Shown here in pieces: positions 1 to 9,659 of a stretch of DNA of 64,000 nucleotides. The stretch comes from an uncultured Actinomycetota bacterium. GTDB lineage: Bacteria; Actinomycetota; Actinomycetes; CAVWCF01. A program made the position numbers and the translations under genes. Below the pieces are notes generated by a model. The model was not told the DNA's origin, searched no databases, and worked only from the letters and a program-made list of their open reading frames with translations. The first letter of the stretch is position 1; each line of letters opens with the position of its first letter. Location: assembly GCA_963818455.1 (NCBI GenBank), contig CAWFSE010000005.1, positions 266,071 through 330,070 on the forward strand. The letters are read 5' to 3'.

Positions 1-1819
1 CTGGGACGTCCTCGGCGCCCACCTGCACACGTTCGACTCGATCGCCGGACCGGTGACCGGGGTGTCGTTCGCGGTCTGGGCCCCCAACGCCCAGGGCATC
101 CGGGTCGTCGGCGACTTCAACCACTGGGACGGCCGGGCCCATCCCATGCGGTCGCTGGGGTCCACGGGCGTCTGGGAGCTGTTCGTCCCCGGCATCGGCG
201 ACGGCACCCTCTACAAGTACGAGATCCTCGGCCGCGACGGCGTGCGGCGGCAGAAGGCCGACCCGATGGCCCAGGCCACCGAGGTCCCGCCGCAGACCGC
301 CTCCAAGGTGTTCACCTCCCAGTACGCGTGGGGCGACGCCGACTGGCTCGCCCACCGCGCGTCGACCGACGTGCTCAACCGCCCGATGAGCGTGTACGAG
401 GTGCACCTCGCCTCCTGGCGGCCCTGGCTCACCTCGTACCGCGCGATCGCCGACGAGCTCGCCTCGTACTGCCAGGACCTCGGGTTCACCCACGTCGAGC
501 TGATGCCGGTGATGGAGCACCCCTACGGCGGCTCGTGGGGCTACCAGGTGACCTCGTACTTCGCGCCCACCTCGCGGTTCGGCACCCCCGACGACGTGCG
601 CTACCTCGTCGACCGCCTGCACCAGGTCGGCGTCGGCGTGCTGCTCGACTGGGTGCCGGCGCACTTCCCCAAGGACGCCTGGGCGCTGGCGCGCTTCGAC
701 GGCGCCCCGCTGTACGAGCCGGCCGACCCCCGCCGCGGCGAGCACCCCGACTGGGGCACCTACGTCTTCGACTACGGCCGCCGCGAGGTCCGCAACTTCC
801 TGGTGGCCAGCGGCCTGTACTGGCTGGAGGAGTTCCACGCCGACGGGCTGCGGGTGGACGCGGTCGCCTCGATGCTCTACCTCGACTACTCGCGGCAGCC
901 AGGCGAGTGGCTGCCGAACCAGTACGGCGGGCGCGAGAACCTCGAGGCGGTGTCGTTCCTGCAGGAGGCCAACGCCACCGCGTACAAGCGCACCCCGGGC
1001 ATCGCGATGATCGCCGAGGAGTCCACCGCCTGGCCTGGCGTGACCCGGCCCACCCACCTCGGCGGGCTCGGCTTCGGGCTGAAGTGGAACATGGGGTGGA
1101 TGCACGACTCGCTCGGCTACATCGAGCGCGACCCGGTCCACCGCTCCTACCACCACCACGAGCTGACCTTCTCGATGATGTACGCGTGGACCGAGCAGTT
1201 CACACTGCCGCTGTCGCACGACGAGGTGGTGCACGGCAAGGGGTCGCTGCTGCGCAAGATCCCGGGCGACCGCTGGCAGCAGCTGGCCACCCTGCGCGCC
1301 TACTACGCCTTCATGTGGGGGCACCCGGGCAAGAAGCTGCTCTTCATGGGCGGCGAGTTCGGCCAGGACGCCGAGTGGTCGGAGTCACGCGGGCTGGACT
1401 GGTGGCTGCTTGAGCACGGCGACCACCGCGGGCTGCAGGCCTGCGTCGCCGACCTCAACCGGGTCTACCGCGACCACCCGGCCCTCTGGGAGCGCGACAA
1501 CGACCCTGGGGGCTTCGGCTGGATCGACGCCAACGACGCGGCGAGCAACGTCTACTCGTTCCTGCGCTGGAGCAGCGACGGGTCGGTGGTCGCCTGCATC
1601 GTGAACTTCGCCGGGCACCCCCACGAGGGCTACCGCGTCGGCCTGCCCTTCGCCGGTCGCTGGGCGGAGATCCTCAACACCGACTCCGAGGCGTACGGCG
1701 GCTCGGGGATCGGCAACCTCGGCGTCGTGGACGCGCATCCGAACCCCTGGCACGGGCAACCGGCCTCGGTCTCCTTGCGGGTGCCGCCGCTCGGGGCGCT
1801 CTACCTCGCGCCGGAGTAG
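1..1819 (+). CDS. glgB: 1,4-alpha-glucan branching enzyme GlgB, 5'-truncated by window edge
   Basis: The reading frame is open from base 2 (WDVLGAH...[25 protein letters not shown]). It carries GH13 core motifs [44 protein letters not shown] and [10 protein letters not shown]. The stop is at 1817-1819. Confidence 0.95.
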   Translation, partial: WDVLGAHLHTFDSIAGPVTGVSFAVWAPNAQGIRVVGDFNHWDGRAHPMRSLGSTGVWELFVPGIGDGTLYKYEILGRDGVRRQKADPMAQATEVPPQTASKVFTSQYAWGDADWLAHRASTDVLNRPMSVYEVHLASWRPWLTSYRAIADELASYCQDLGFTHVELMPVMEHPYGGSWGYQVTSYFAPTSRFGTPDDVRYLVDRLHQVGVGVLLDWVPAHFPKDAWALARFDGAPLYEPADPRRGEHPDWGTYVFDYGRREVRNFLVASGLYWLEEFHADGLRVDAVASMLYLDYSRQPGEWLPNQYGGRENLEAVSFLQEANATAYKRTPGIAMIAEESTAWPGVTRPTHLGGLGFGLKWNMGWMHDSLGYIERDPVHRSYHHHELTFSMMYAWTEQFTLPLSHDEVVHGKGSLLRKIPGDRWQQLATLRAYYAFMWGHPGKKLLFMGGEFGQDAEWSESRGLDWWLLEHGDHRGLQACVADLNRVYRDHPALWERDNDPGGFGWIDANDAASNVYSFLRWSSDGSVVACIVNFAGHPHEGYRVGLPFAGRWAEILNTDSEAYGGSGIGNLGVVDAHPNPWHGQPASVSLRVPPLGALYLAPE

Positions 1820-1851
1820 GGCCGCGGAGTCCAGCCGCGGAGTCCGGCCGC

Positions 1852-2817
1852 TCAGAACAGCGCGTTGGCCAGCGCCGTGCGGGCCTTCGGAACTCGGGGA
1901 TCCTCGTTGCCGACGAGGTCGAAGAGCGCGAGCAGGTGGTCGCGCAGCGCGGCCCGCTCGGGTCCGGCCGTCCGGCGCACGCCGTCGGTGAGCCGCGCGA
2001 ACGCCGCGTCCACCCGGTCGAGCAGCAGCTCGCAGTCGGCGGCGGCCAGCGCCGTCTCGACGTCGGCCGGCGTCGCGTACGCCACCGCGTCGCCGGCGGC
2101 GATGGCCGACTCGGGGTCGAGCTCGCGGGTGCGGCGCAGCACCTCGACCTGGGTCAGGCCGGCCTTGGCGTCGGCGTCGGCCGGCTGGGCGTCGAGCTGC
2201 GCCCGGAAGGCGCGCTCGGCGCCGTCGAGGTCGTCGCGCTCGACGGCGTCGTAGGCCTCCTGCAGCAGCGGGTCCATGACGTCCTCGACGGCCGCGTCGT
2301 CCGCGTCCGCGGACGACGGGGTCTCTCCGGCGAGCTTGACCACCTCGGCGAGGAACTCGCGCACCTGCGGCTCGGGCAGGGCGCCCATGAAGCCGGGGAC
2401 GACCTGCCCCTGCCAGACCACGTGCACCGTCGGGATGCTCTGGATCTGGAACGCCTGGGCCAACCGCTGGTTGGCGTCGACGTCGATTGTGGCGAGGACC
2501 CACTGGCCGCCGGACTCGGCGGCCAGCCGCTCCAAGATGGGCGACAGCTGCTTGCACGGCCCGCACCACTCGGCCCAGAAGTCGACGACCACCGGGGTGG
2601 CCATCGAACGGTCGATGACCTCGGTCTGGAAGGTCGCCTCGGTCACCTCGAGCACGGCGGCCGGAGGCGGAGCCAGCCCGTCCGCCGCGGCCTGCGCCGC
2701 AGCGGCGCGGGCCTCCTCGGCACGCTGCCGCGCCGCGTTCTGGGCGGCGAGGGCGGCCAGGTCAACAGCTCCGTGCGGATTGATCCCCGGTGGGGTGAGG
2801 CTCGACATGCCAGCCAT
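1852..2817 (-). CDS. thioredoxin-domain protein with helical/TPR-like C-terminal half (YbbN/co-chaperone-like)
   Basis: 321-aa ORF. It has a thioredoxin motif (VVVDFWAEWCGPCKQLSPILE) followed by an Ala/Asp/Leu-rich helical C-terminus. It is convergent with glgB. Confidence 0.85.
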   Translation of the reverse strand: MAGMSSLTPPGINPHGAVDLAALAAQNAARQRAEEARAAAAQAAADGLAPPPAAVLEVTEATFQTEVIDRSMATPVVVDFWAEWCGPCKQLSPILERLAAESGGQWVLATIDVDANQRLAQAFQIQSIPTVHVVWQGQVVPGFMGALPEPQVREFLAEVVKLAGETPSSADADDAAVEDVMDPLLQEAYDAVERDDLDGAERAFRAQLDAQPADADAKAGLTQVEVLRRTRELDPESAIAAGDAVAYATPADVETALAAADCELLLDRVDAAFARLTDGVRRTAGPERAALRDHLLALFDLVGNEDPRVPKARTALANALF

Positions 2818-2867
2818 TCTCCCCGACGGTCAAGCCGGTCAGCCGCCCGCCTCGCGCCACTCGGTGA

Positions 2868-3068
2868 TCACAGGGAGTGGACGGTAGGAAGGATGACCAT
2901 CACGTTCGTCAACCAGATCGAGACGGCGACGGCGGCGGCGGCGCCCAAGGCGGCCGCTGCGGCCATCGGCCCGACCGGGTACGAGCGGGTGCTGGGGGTG
3001 GTCTCGGGGGCCGAGGGAACCTCGACCGCCTGAGCGAGGGTCGGAGGTTGCTCTGCAACGGTGAACAT
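2868..3068 (-). CDS. small hypothetical membrane protein (66 aa)
   Basis: The ATG at 3068 is preceded by GGAGGAA (reverse complement of 3071-3077). The C-terminus is hydrophobic (AAAALGAAAAVAVSIWLTNVMVILP). It is divergent from the TetR gene. No family was recognised. Confidence 0.45.
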   Translation of the reverse strand: MFTVAEQPPTLAQAVEVPSAPETTPSTRSYPVGPMAAAAALGAAAAVAVSIWLTNVMVILPTVHSL

Positions 3069-3120
3069 GATTCCTCCTTTCACTACACTACATATTGTAT
3101 CGTATATCAGAAGGCCAGCT

Positions 3121-3729
3121 GTGCCAGGCTTCGGCCCCGTGACGTCGCCCACGCAGCGGCTCCCCGAGCCCACCGGACGGGGACGCCCCCGCTCGGCGAG
3201 CGCCGACGCCGGGATTCTGGCCGCCGCCCGCACCCTCGTCGCCGAGTTGGGCTACGCCCAGCTCACGATGGAGGCGGTGGCCGGGCGCGCCCAGGTGGCC
3301 AGGACGACGGTCTACCGGCGCTGGCCGGCCAAGGCCGATCTGGTCGTGGCCGCCGTGGCCGAGCCCTTCGGCGCCCTCCTCGACCAGGCCCGCCACGACG
3401 CCGACCCGGTCGATGTCCTGGCGCAGGTGGCCGACGTGCTCGAGCGCCCTGAGATCCGCGCCGCCTTCCTGTCGCTCGTCTCCGAGTCCTGGCGCGACCC
3501 CTCCCTGCGCCTGCGGGTCGAAGAGCTGCTCCTGCGGCCGGCCCTGGAGGCGGTGCGCGCGCAGGTCTCCGCGGTCGTCGGCCCCGGCACGTCCGAAGCC
3601 CAGCTCGGGCTGATCGACGATCTCGTCTTGGGGGCCCTCGAGCACCGGCTGCTGGTCGCGGGGCGACCGGCCGACCGCGACTACCTCACCCGCCTGGTCG
3701 ACGCGGTGCGGAGCAGCCTGAACCCCTAG
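3121..3729 (+). CDS. TetR/AcrR family transcriptional regulator
   Basis: It has an N-terminal HTH signature (ILAAARTLVAELGYAQLTMEAVAGRAQVARTTVYRRWPAKADLV). The ORF track starts at 3061, but that overlaps the divergent gene, so GTG 3121 is chosen. The start is uncertain. Confidence 0.8.
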   Translation: MPGFGPVTSPTQRLPEPTGRGRPRSASADAGILAAARTLVAELGYAQLTMEAVAGRAQVARTTVYRRWPAKADLVVAAVAEPFGALLDQARHDADPVDVLAQVADVLERPEIRAAFLSLVSESWRDPSLRLRVEELLLRPALEAVRAQVSAVVGPGTSEAQLGLIDDLVLGALEHRLLVAGRPADRDYLTRLVDAVRSSLNP

Positions 3730-3742
3730 CGGAACCCACCGC

Positions 3743-5452
3743 TCAGAGCCGGGCGGGCTCCACGTGCTCGCCCCACTCGGCGCGCAGCAGGTCGCAGATC
3801 TCGCCCAGCGTCGCCTCCGCGCGCACGGCATCGAGCATCGCCGGGATGGTGTTGGCGCCAGAGCGCGCCGCAGCGAGCAGCCCGTCCAGCGCCGTACGCA
3901 CGGCGCGCCCGTCTCGGGACGCGCGACGGACGGCAAGCGCGGCGACCTGCCCGCGCTCGACCTCATGCGACACCCGCAGGATCTCCAGCGGCTCCTCGAT
4001 CGTGTCGAGGTGCACGTTGACGCCCACGACCCTCTTCTCGCCCTTCTCGAGCGCCCGCTGGTAGGCAAATGCCGCGTCGGCGATCTCGGCGGTGAACCAG
4101 CCGTCCTCGATGCCCTTGAGGATCCCGCTGGTCATCGTCTCGTCCGAGCCCAGCGCCCGGATCTGCGCGAACACGCGCTCGGCCTCGGCCTCGATCGCGT
4201 CGGTGAGCGCCTCGACGTACCAGGAGCCGCCGAGCGGGTCTGCGACGTTGGCCACCCCCATCTCCTCGAGCAGCACCTGCTGGGTCCGCAGGGCGATCTC
4301 GGCGGCCTTGGCCGACGGCAGGGCCAGCACCTCGTCGAGGGCGTTGGTGTGCAGCGAGTTGGTGCCGCCGAGCACGGCGGCGAGGGCCTGCACGGCCGTG
4401 CGGACCACGTTGTTGTCGGGCTGCTGGGCCGTGAGCGAGACGCCGGCGGTCTGGGTGTGGAAGCGCAGCTGCTGGGCCTTGTCGGTGCGGGCGCCGTAGA
4501 CGTCGCGCAGCCAGCGCGCCCAGATCCTCCGGGCGGCCCGGAACTTGGCGATCTCCTCGAAGAAATCCAGGTGGGCGTCGAAGAAGAAGGACAGCCCGGG
4601 CGCGAACCGGTCGACGTCCAGCCCCCGCGCCAGCCCCAGCTCGACGTAGGCGAACCCGTCGGCCAGCGTGTACGCCAGCTCCTGGGCGGCCGTCGAGCCG
4701 GCCTCCCGGATGTGGTAGCCGGACACCGAGATCGGCTTGTACGCCGGGGTGTTCTGGTCCACCCACTCCATCAGGTCGGCGATCAGCCGCAGGTGCGGCT
4801 CCGGCGGGAAGAGCCACTCCTTCTGGGCGATGTACTCCTTGAAGATGTCGGTCTGCAGGGTGCCGTTCAGCGCCTCGACGGGGGCCCCCTGCCGCTCGGC
4901 CGCCACCACGTACATGCAGAACACCGGCACGGCCGGTCCGCTGATCGTCATCGAGGTGGTGACGTCGCCCAGCGGGATCCCGGCGAAGAGCACCTCGAGG
5001 TCGGCGGCGGAGTCGACCGCGACCCCGCAATGGCCCACCTCGCCGAGCGCCCGCGGATCGTCGGAGTCGCGGCCCATCAGCGTGGGCATGTCGAAGGCCA
5101 CCGACAGGCCGCCGCCTCCCGCGGCCAGGATCTGGCGGAACCGCTCGTTGGTGTGCTCGGCGTTGCCGAAGCCGGCGAACTGCCGGATCGTCCAGGGCCG
5201 CCCGCGGTAGCCGGTGGCGTGCAGCCCCCGTGTGAACGGCCACTCCCCCGGCCAGCCGATCCGCTCGAAGCCGGGGACCGCGGCGCCCGGCGGCGGCCCG
5301 TACACCGGATCGACCTGCTCGCCGGACAACGTGGTGAAGTCGGCGTCGCGCACCCGCCCGGCGGCCAGCGCCGCGTCGTAGCGCTCCTGCCACCGGCGGC
5401 GGCCGGCGTCGATCTCCGCGGAGTCCGCGGGCGGACCGTACGGCATGTCCAT
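3743..5452 (-). CDS. icmA: B12-dependent acyl-CoA mutase large (substrate-binding) subunit, isobutyryl-CoA-mutase type
   Basis: 569 aa, intact. It shows mutase TIM-barrel motifs (RPWTIRQFAGFGNAEHTNERFRQILAAGGGGLSVAFDMPTLMGRDSDDP and TLQTDIFKEYIAQKEW). Phe in RQFAGF and Gln in YIAQ are the ICM-type replacements of the MCM Tyr/Arg pair. There is no C-terminal B12-binding domain. Confidence 0.7.
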   Translation of the reverse strand: MDMPYGPPADSAEIDAGRRRWQERYDAALAAGRVRDADFTTLSGEQVDPVYGPPPGAAVPGFERIGWPGEWPFTRGLHATGYRGRPWTIRQFAGFGNAEHTNERFRQILAAGGGGLSVAFDMPTLMGRDSDDPRALGEVGHCGVAVDSAADLEVLFAGIPLGDVTTSMTISGPAVPVFCMYVVAAERQGAPVEALNGTLQTDIFKEYIAQKEWLFPPEPHLRLIADLMEWVDQNTPAYKPISVSGYHIREAGSTAAQELAYTLADGFAYVELGLARGLDVDRFAPGLSFFFDAHLDFFEEIAKFRAARRIWARWLRDVYGARTDKAQQLRFHTQTAGVSLTAQQPDNNVVRTAVQALAAVLGGTNSLHTNALDEVLALPSAKAAEIALRTQQVLLEEMGVANVADPLGGSWYVEALTDAIEAEAERVFAQIRALGSDETMTSGILKGIEDGWFTAEIADAAFAYQRALEKGEKRVVGVNVHLDTIEEPLEILRVSHEVERGQVAALAVRRASRDGRAVRTALDGLLAAARSGANTIPAMLDAVRAEATLGEICDLLRAEWGEHVEPARL

Positions 5453-5484
5453 GCCTCCGAGACTAGAACCGCCGGGCGCGCGCG

Positions 5485-6480
5485 TCAGGCGGTGACGCTG
5501 TCGACCAGGCGGTCGGCCGCGGCGTACGGGTCCAGCGAGCCGGCGACCACCTCGGCGGCCAGGTCGTCGAGCAGCCGGCCGCCCCTCAGGTCGCCGATGC
5601 GCTCGCGGAGGTCATCCAGGGCGATCGCCTCGATCTCGCCGGCCGCACGCGCGGCCCGCCGCCGATGCAGACCCCCGTGGGCCGCCAGCCACGCGTGGTG
5701 GGCCTCCAGCGCGTCGACGAGCTCGGCGATCCCCTCGCTCCGCGCCGCGACCGTCTTGAGCACCGGGGGCTGCCAGGCGCCCTCGACCCGCTCGCCGAGG
5801 GCGAGCATGTGGGTGAGCTCCCGAACGGTCGTGTCGGCGCCGTCGCGGTCGGCCTTGTTGACGCAGAAGACGTCGCCGACCTCCAGGATGCCGGCCTTGG
5901 CCGCCTGGATGCCGTCGCCCATGCCGGGCGCCAGCAGGACCACGGTGGTGTCGGCCGCCCCCGCGACCTCCACCTCTGACTGGCCGACGCCCACCGTCTC
6001 CACGAGCACGACCTCGCAGCCCGCCGCGTCGAGCACGCGCAAGGCCTGCGGGGTGGCCCAGGCGAGGCCGCCGAGGTGCCCTCGGGACGCCATCGAGCGG
6101 ATGAACACCCCGGGATCGGTGGCGTGGTCCTGCATGCGCACCCGGTCGCCCAGCAGCGCGCCGCCGCTGAACGGCGAGGACGGGTCGACCGCCAGCACGC
6201 CGACGCGGCGGCCGCGCGCGCGGTAGGCCGCCACCAGCGCCGAGGTGGTCGTCGACTTGCCGACCCCGGGCGAGCCGGTCAGCCCGATCACCTGCGCCTG
6301 CCCCGCGTACGGGGCCAGCGCGGCCATCACCTCCCGGAGCAGCGGCGAGCGGTCCTCGACCAGCGACACCAGCCGGGCGACCGCACGGGGGTTGCCCTGC
6401 CGGGCCGCCGCGACCAGGTCCGCGATCGAGGCGTCTCGGCGCAGCGGGGATCGCCGCGGGTCGGGACCGGTCTCGGGCAC
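5485..6480 (-). CDS. meaB: methylmalonyl-CoA-mutase-associated G3E GTPase (MeaB/ArgK family)
   Basis: It has a P-loop (GLTGSPGVGKSTTTSAL), plus LAVDPSSPFSGGALLGDRVRM and VETVGVGQSE. GTG 6480 gives 331 aa. It lies between the thiolase stop (6501) and the icmA start. Confidence 0.88.
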   Translation of the reverse strand: MPETGPDPRRSPLRRDASIADLVAAARQGNPRAVARLVSLVEDRSPLLREVMAALAPYAGQAQVIGLTGSPGVGKSTTTSALVAAYRARGRRVGVLAVDPSSPFSGGALLGDRVRMQDHATDPGVFIRSMASRGHLGGLAWATPQALRVLDAAGCEVVLVETVGVGQSEVEVAGAADTTVVLLAPGMGDGIQAAKAGILEVGDVFCVNKADRDGADTTVRELTHMLALGERVEGAWQPPVLKTVAARSEGIAELVDALEAHHAWLAAHGGLHRRRAARAAGEIEAIALDDLRERIGDLRGGRLLDDLAAEVVAGSLDPYAAADRLVDSVTA

Positions 6481-6500
6481 GGGCTCGGTGGCGGCCAGCG

Positions 6501-7694
6501 TCAGGCCTTCGGGACCCGGACGATCAGGGCGTCGCCCTGGCCGCCGCCGCCGCACAGCGCGGCCGCGCCGACCCCGCCGCCGCGCCGCTTCAGCTCCAGG
6601 GCGAGGTGCAGGACCAGCCGGGCCCCGGACATCCCGACCGGGTGGCCGAGGGCGATCGCGCCGCCGTTGGGGTTGACCTGCTCGTCGCTGAGGCCCAGCG
6701 CGCGCTGCGAGACGATGCCGACCGCGGCGAAGGCCTCGTTGATCTCGACCACGTCGAGGTCGGACGCCGCCAGCCCCTCGCGGGCCAGCGCGGCCTTGAT
6801 CGCGTTGGCCGGCTGCTCGTGCAGGCTGGCGTCCGGCCCGGCCACGACGCCGTGGGCGCCGATCTCGGCGAGCCAGGCCAGCCCGAGCTCCTCGGCCTTG
6901 GCCTTGCTCATCACGACGACGGCCGCGGCCCCGTCGGAGATCTGCGAGGCCGAGCCTGCGGTGATGGTGCCGTCCTTGGTGAAGGCGGGCCGCAACTGGC
7001 CCAGGCTCTCCGCGGTGGTGTCGCCGCGGATTCCCTCGTCGGTCGCGAAGACCAGCGGGTCGCCCTTGCGCTGCGGGATCTCGACCGGCGCGATCTCCTC
7101 GTCGAACACGCCGTTCTTCGCCGCGAGCGCCGCCCGCTGGTGGGACTGCGCGGAGAACGCGTCCTGCTCGGCACGGGTGAGGCCGTAGCGGGCGTTGTAC
7201 TCCTCGGTGGACAGCCCCATCGCCTTCTGGTCGAACGCGCAGAACAGCCCGTCGTAGGCCATCGAGTCGACCAGGTCGACGTTGCCGTACTTGAAGCCCT
7301 CGCGGGACTTCGGCAGCAGGTGCGGCGCGTTGGTCATCGACTCCATGCCGCCGGCGACCACGATCTCGAACTCGCCGGCGCGGATCAGCTGGTCGGCGAG
7401 CGCGATCGCGTCGAGGCCGGACAGGCAGACCTTGTTGATGGTCAGGGCGGGGACGCTCATGGGGATGCCGCCCTTGACGGCGGCCTGGCGGGCCGTGATC
7501 TGCCCGGCGCCGGCCTGCAGCACCTGGCCCATGATCACGTAGTCGACCTGGTCGGGCGCGACACCGGCCCGGGCCAGCGCGGCCTTGATGGCCACCCCGC
7601 CGAGGTCGGCGGCGGCGAAGCCCTTGAGCGAGCCGAGCAGGCGGCCCATCGGGGTGCGGGCCCCGGCGACGATGACGGACGGGTTCGCGGACAT
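6501..7694 (-). CDS. acetyl-CoA C-acetyltransferase (thiolase II)
   Basis: 397 aa, intact. It shows thiolase signatures ([50 protein letters not shown]). A GGAGG ribosome-binding site lies upstream of ATG 7694. Confidence 0.93.
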   Translation of the reverse strand: MSANPSVIVAGARTPMGRLLGSLKGFAAADLGGVAIKAALARAGVAPDQVDYVIMGQVLQAGAGQITARQAAVKGGIPMSVPALTINKVCLSGLDAIALADQLIRAGEFEIVVAGGMESMTNAPHLLPKSREGFKYGNVDLVDSMAYDGLFCAFDQKAMGLSTEEYNARYGLTRAEQDAFSAQSHQRAALAAKNGVFDEEIAPVEIPQRKGDPLVFATDEGIRGDTTAESLGQLRPAFTKDGTITAGSASQISDGAAAVVVMSKAKAEELGLAWLAEIGAHGVVAGPDASLHEQPANAIKAALAREGLAASDLDVVEINEAFAAVGIVSQRALGLSDEQVNPNGGAIALGHPVGMSGARLVLHLALELKRRGGGVGAAALCGGGGQGDALIVRVPKA

Positions 7695-7810
7695 AGCGCG
7701 GCCTCCAACAGGCGGGGTACAGGACCTGTGGCCACCCTAACGACGCCGGCGCGCCGGGTCGGGACCGAGGTCCCGGGCGCGCGGTCGCGGGAGGCTGAGA
7801 CGATCGGGGG

Positions 7811-8269
7811 ATGGAACCGCTGCCCGCCTCCCTCGTCACCCGGATCGACCACGTCGGCATCGCCGTCGCCGACCTCGACGCCGCGATCGACTTCTACGCC
7901 CGCGCCTTCGGCATGCGCTGCGTGCACCAGGAGGTGAACGCCGAGCAGGGCGTCCGCGAGGCGATGCTGGCCGTCGGCGACTCCGGCTCCTGCCTGCAGC
8001 TGCTGGAGCCGCTCGGGCCGGAGACCACGATCGGCCGCTTCCTGGCCAAGAGCGGGCCCGGCATCCAGCAGATGGCCTACACCGTCGTCGACGTCGAGGC
8101 GGTGGCCGCGCACCTGCGGGCCCAGGGCGTCCGGGTGCTGTACGAAACGGCCAAGACGGGCACCGCCGGCTCCAAGGTCAACTTCGTCCACCCCAAGGAC
8201 GCCGGGGGCGTGCTCATCGAGCTGGTCCAGCCTGGCGCCGAGGCCGCCGGGTCGGTTACCCACGAGTAA
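7811..8269 (+). CDS. mce: methylmalonyl-/ethylmalonyl-CoA epimerase (VOC/glyoxalase fold)
   Basis: 152 aa (IDHVGIAVADLDAAIDFY...GPGIQQMAYTVVDVEA...VNFVHPKDAGGVLIELVQ). It is divergent from the thiolase and directly upstream of ccr. Confidence 0.85.
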   Translation: MEPLPASLVTRIDHVGIAVADLDAAIDFYARAFGMRCVHQEVNAEQGVREAMLAVGDSGSCLQLLEPLGPETTIGRFLAKSGPGIQQMAYTVVDVEAVAAHLRAQGVRVLYETAKTGTAGSKVNFVHPKDAGGVLIELVQPGAEAAGSVTHE

Positions 8270-8326
8270 CGTGGACTCAGCGCAGCGATCCCTGCCGCTG
8301 CCCGTCGCAGAGCCCGGGAGGCCGAC

Positions 8327-9659
8327 GTGAAGGAGATCCTCGAGGCGATCCTCGCCGACGACACCGCCGCGATCGGCTCGATGCCGCTGCCCGAGTCGTA
8401 CCGGGCCATCACCGTCCACAAGGACGACGCCACGATGTTCGAGGGCCGCGCGACCCGCGACAAGGACCCCCGCGAGTCGCTGCACCTCGACGAGGTCCCC
8501 CTGCCGGAGCTCGGCCCGGGCGAGGCCTACATCGCGGTGATGGCCAGCTCGATCAACTACAACACCGTCTGGACGTCGATCTTCGAGCCGGTCTCGACCT
8601 TCGGCTTCCTCGAGCGGTACGGCCGCACGTCGCCGCTGGCCAAGCGCCACGACCTGCCCTACCACGTGATCGGCAGCGACCTGGCCGGCGTCGTGCTGCG
8701 CACCGGTCCGGGCGTGCACACCTGGCACCCCGGTGACGAGGTCGTCGCGCACTGCCTGTCGGTCGAGCTGGAGAGCCCGTTCGGCCACAACGACACGATG
8801 CTCGACCCCGAGCAGCGGATCTGGGGCTTCGAGACCAACTTCGGCGGCCTCGCCGAGATCGCGCTGGTCAAGAGCAACCAGCTGCTCGACAAGCCCAAGC
8901 ACCTCACCTGGGAGGAGGCCGCCTGCTCCCGGGCTGGTCAACTCCACGGCCTACCGCCAGCTGGTCAGCCGCAACGGCGCGGGCATGAAGCAGGGCGACA
9001 TCGTGCTGATCTGGGGCGCCTCCGGCGGCCTCGGCTCGTACGCGACGCAGATGGCGCTGAACGGCGGCGCGACCCCGATCTGCGTGGTGTCGTCGCCGGA
9101 GAAGGCCGACCTGTGCCGGGCCATGGGCGCCGAGCTGATCATCGACCGGGCCGCCGAGGGCTACCGGTTCTGGAAGGACGAGCAGACCCAGGACCCCAAG
9201 GAGTGGCAGCGCCTGGGCAAGCGGATCCGCGAGCTCACCGGCGGCGAGGACGTCGACATCGTCTTCGAGCACCCGGGGCGCGAGACGTTCGGCGCGAGCG
9301 TCTACGTCGCGCGCAAGGGCGGCACGATCGTCACCTGCGCGTCGACGAGCGGCTTCATGCACGAGTACGACAACCGCTACCTCTGGATGAACCTCAAGCG
9401 CATCATCGGCTCGCACTTCGCCAACTACCGCGAGGCGTGGGAGGCCAACCGGCTGATCCAGCGCGGCAAGGTCCACCCGACGCTGTCCAAGACCCTCCCG
9501 CTCGCCGAGACCGGCCAGGCCGCGTACGAGGTGCACCGCAACCTGCACCAGGGCAAGGTCGGCGTGCTCTGCCTGGCCCCCGAGGAGGGCCTCGGCGTAC
9601 GCGATCCCGCGCTGCGGGCCCTGCACCTCGACGAGATCAACCGGTTCCGCGACACCTGA
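8327..9659 (+). pseudogene. ccr: crotonyl-CoA carboxylase/reductase, one +1 frameshift as given
   Basis: The N-terminal part is in frame 8327 (..HLTWEEAAC). The C-terminal part is in frame 8733 (PGLVNSTAYRQLVSRNGAGMKQGDIVLIWGASGGLGSYA...). Deleting the T at 8927 joins them as ..EEAACPGLVNSTAY... The length is 1333 nt (3n+1). Confidence 0.9.

Noticed and set aside
1821-1845. A tandem 12-nt direct repeat GCCGCGGAGTCC (x2) between the convergent glgB and thioredoxin genes.
   Set aside because: It is too short to be more than a weak bidirectional hairpin (the self-complementary CCGCGG words can pair). No further copies occur in the window.
3764-6226. Very long ORFs antisense or out of frame to recognised genes. 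Examples are 3764-6226 (+), 7535-8947 (-), 12499-15405 (+), 27021-28907 (+), 29889-31379 (+), 36207-38357 (+), 40400-42469 (+) and 57732-59684 (-).
   Set aside because: Their translations are Arg/Ala/Gly/Pro-rich low-complexity strings, typical of stop-codon-poor off-frames in high-G+C DNA. Each fully overlaps a gene with clear family motifs.
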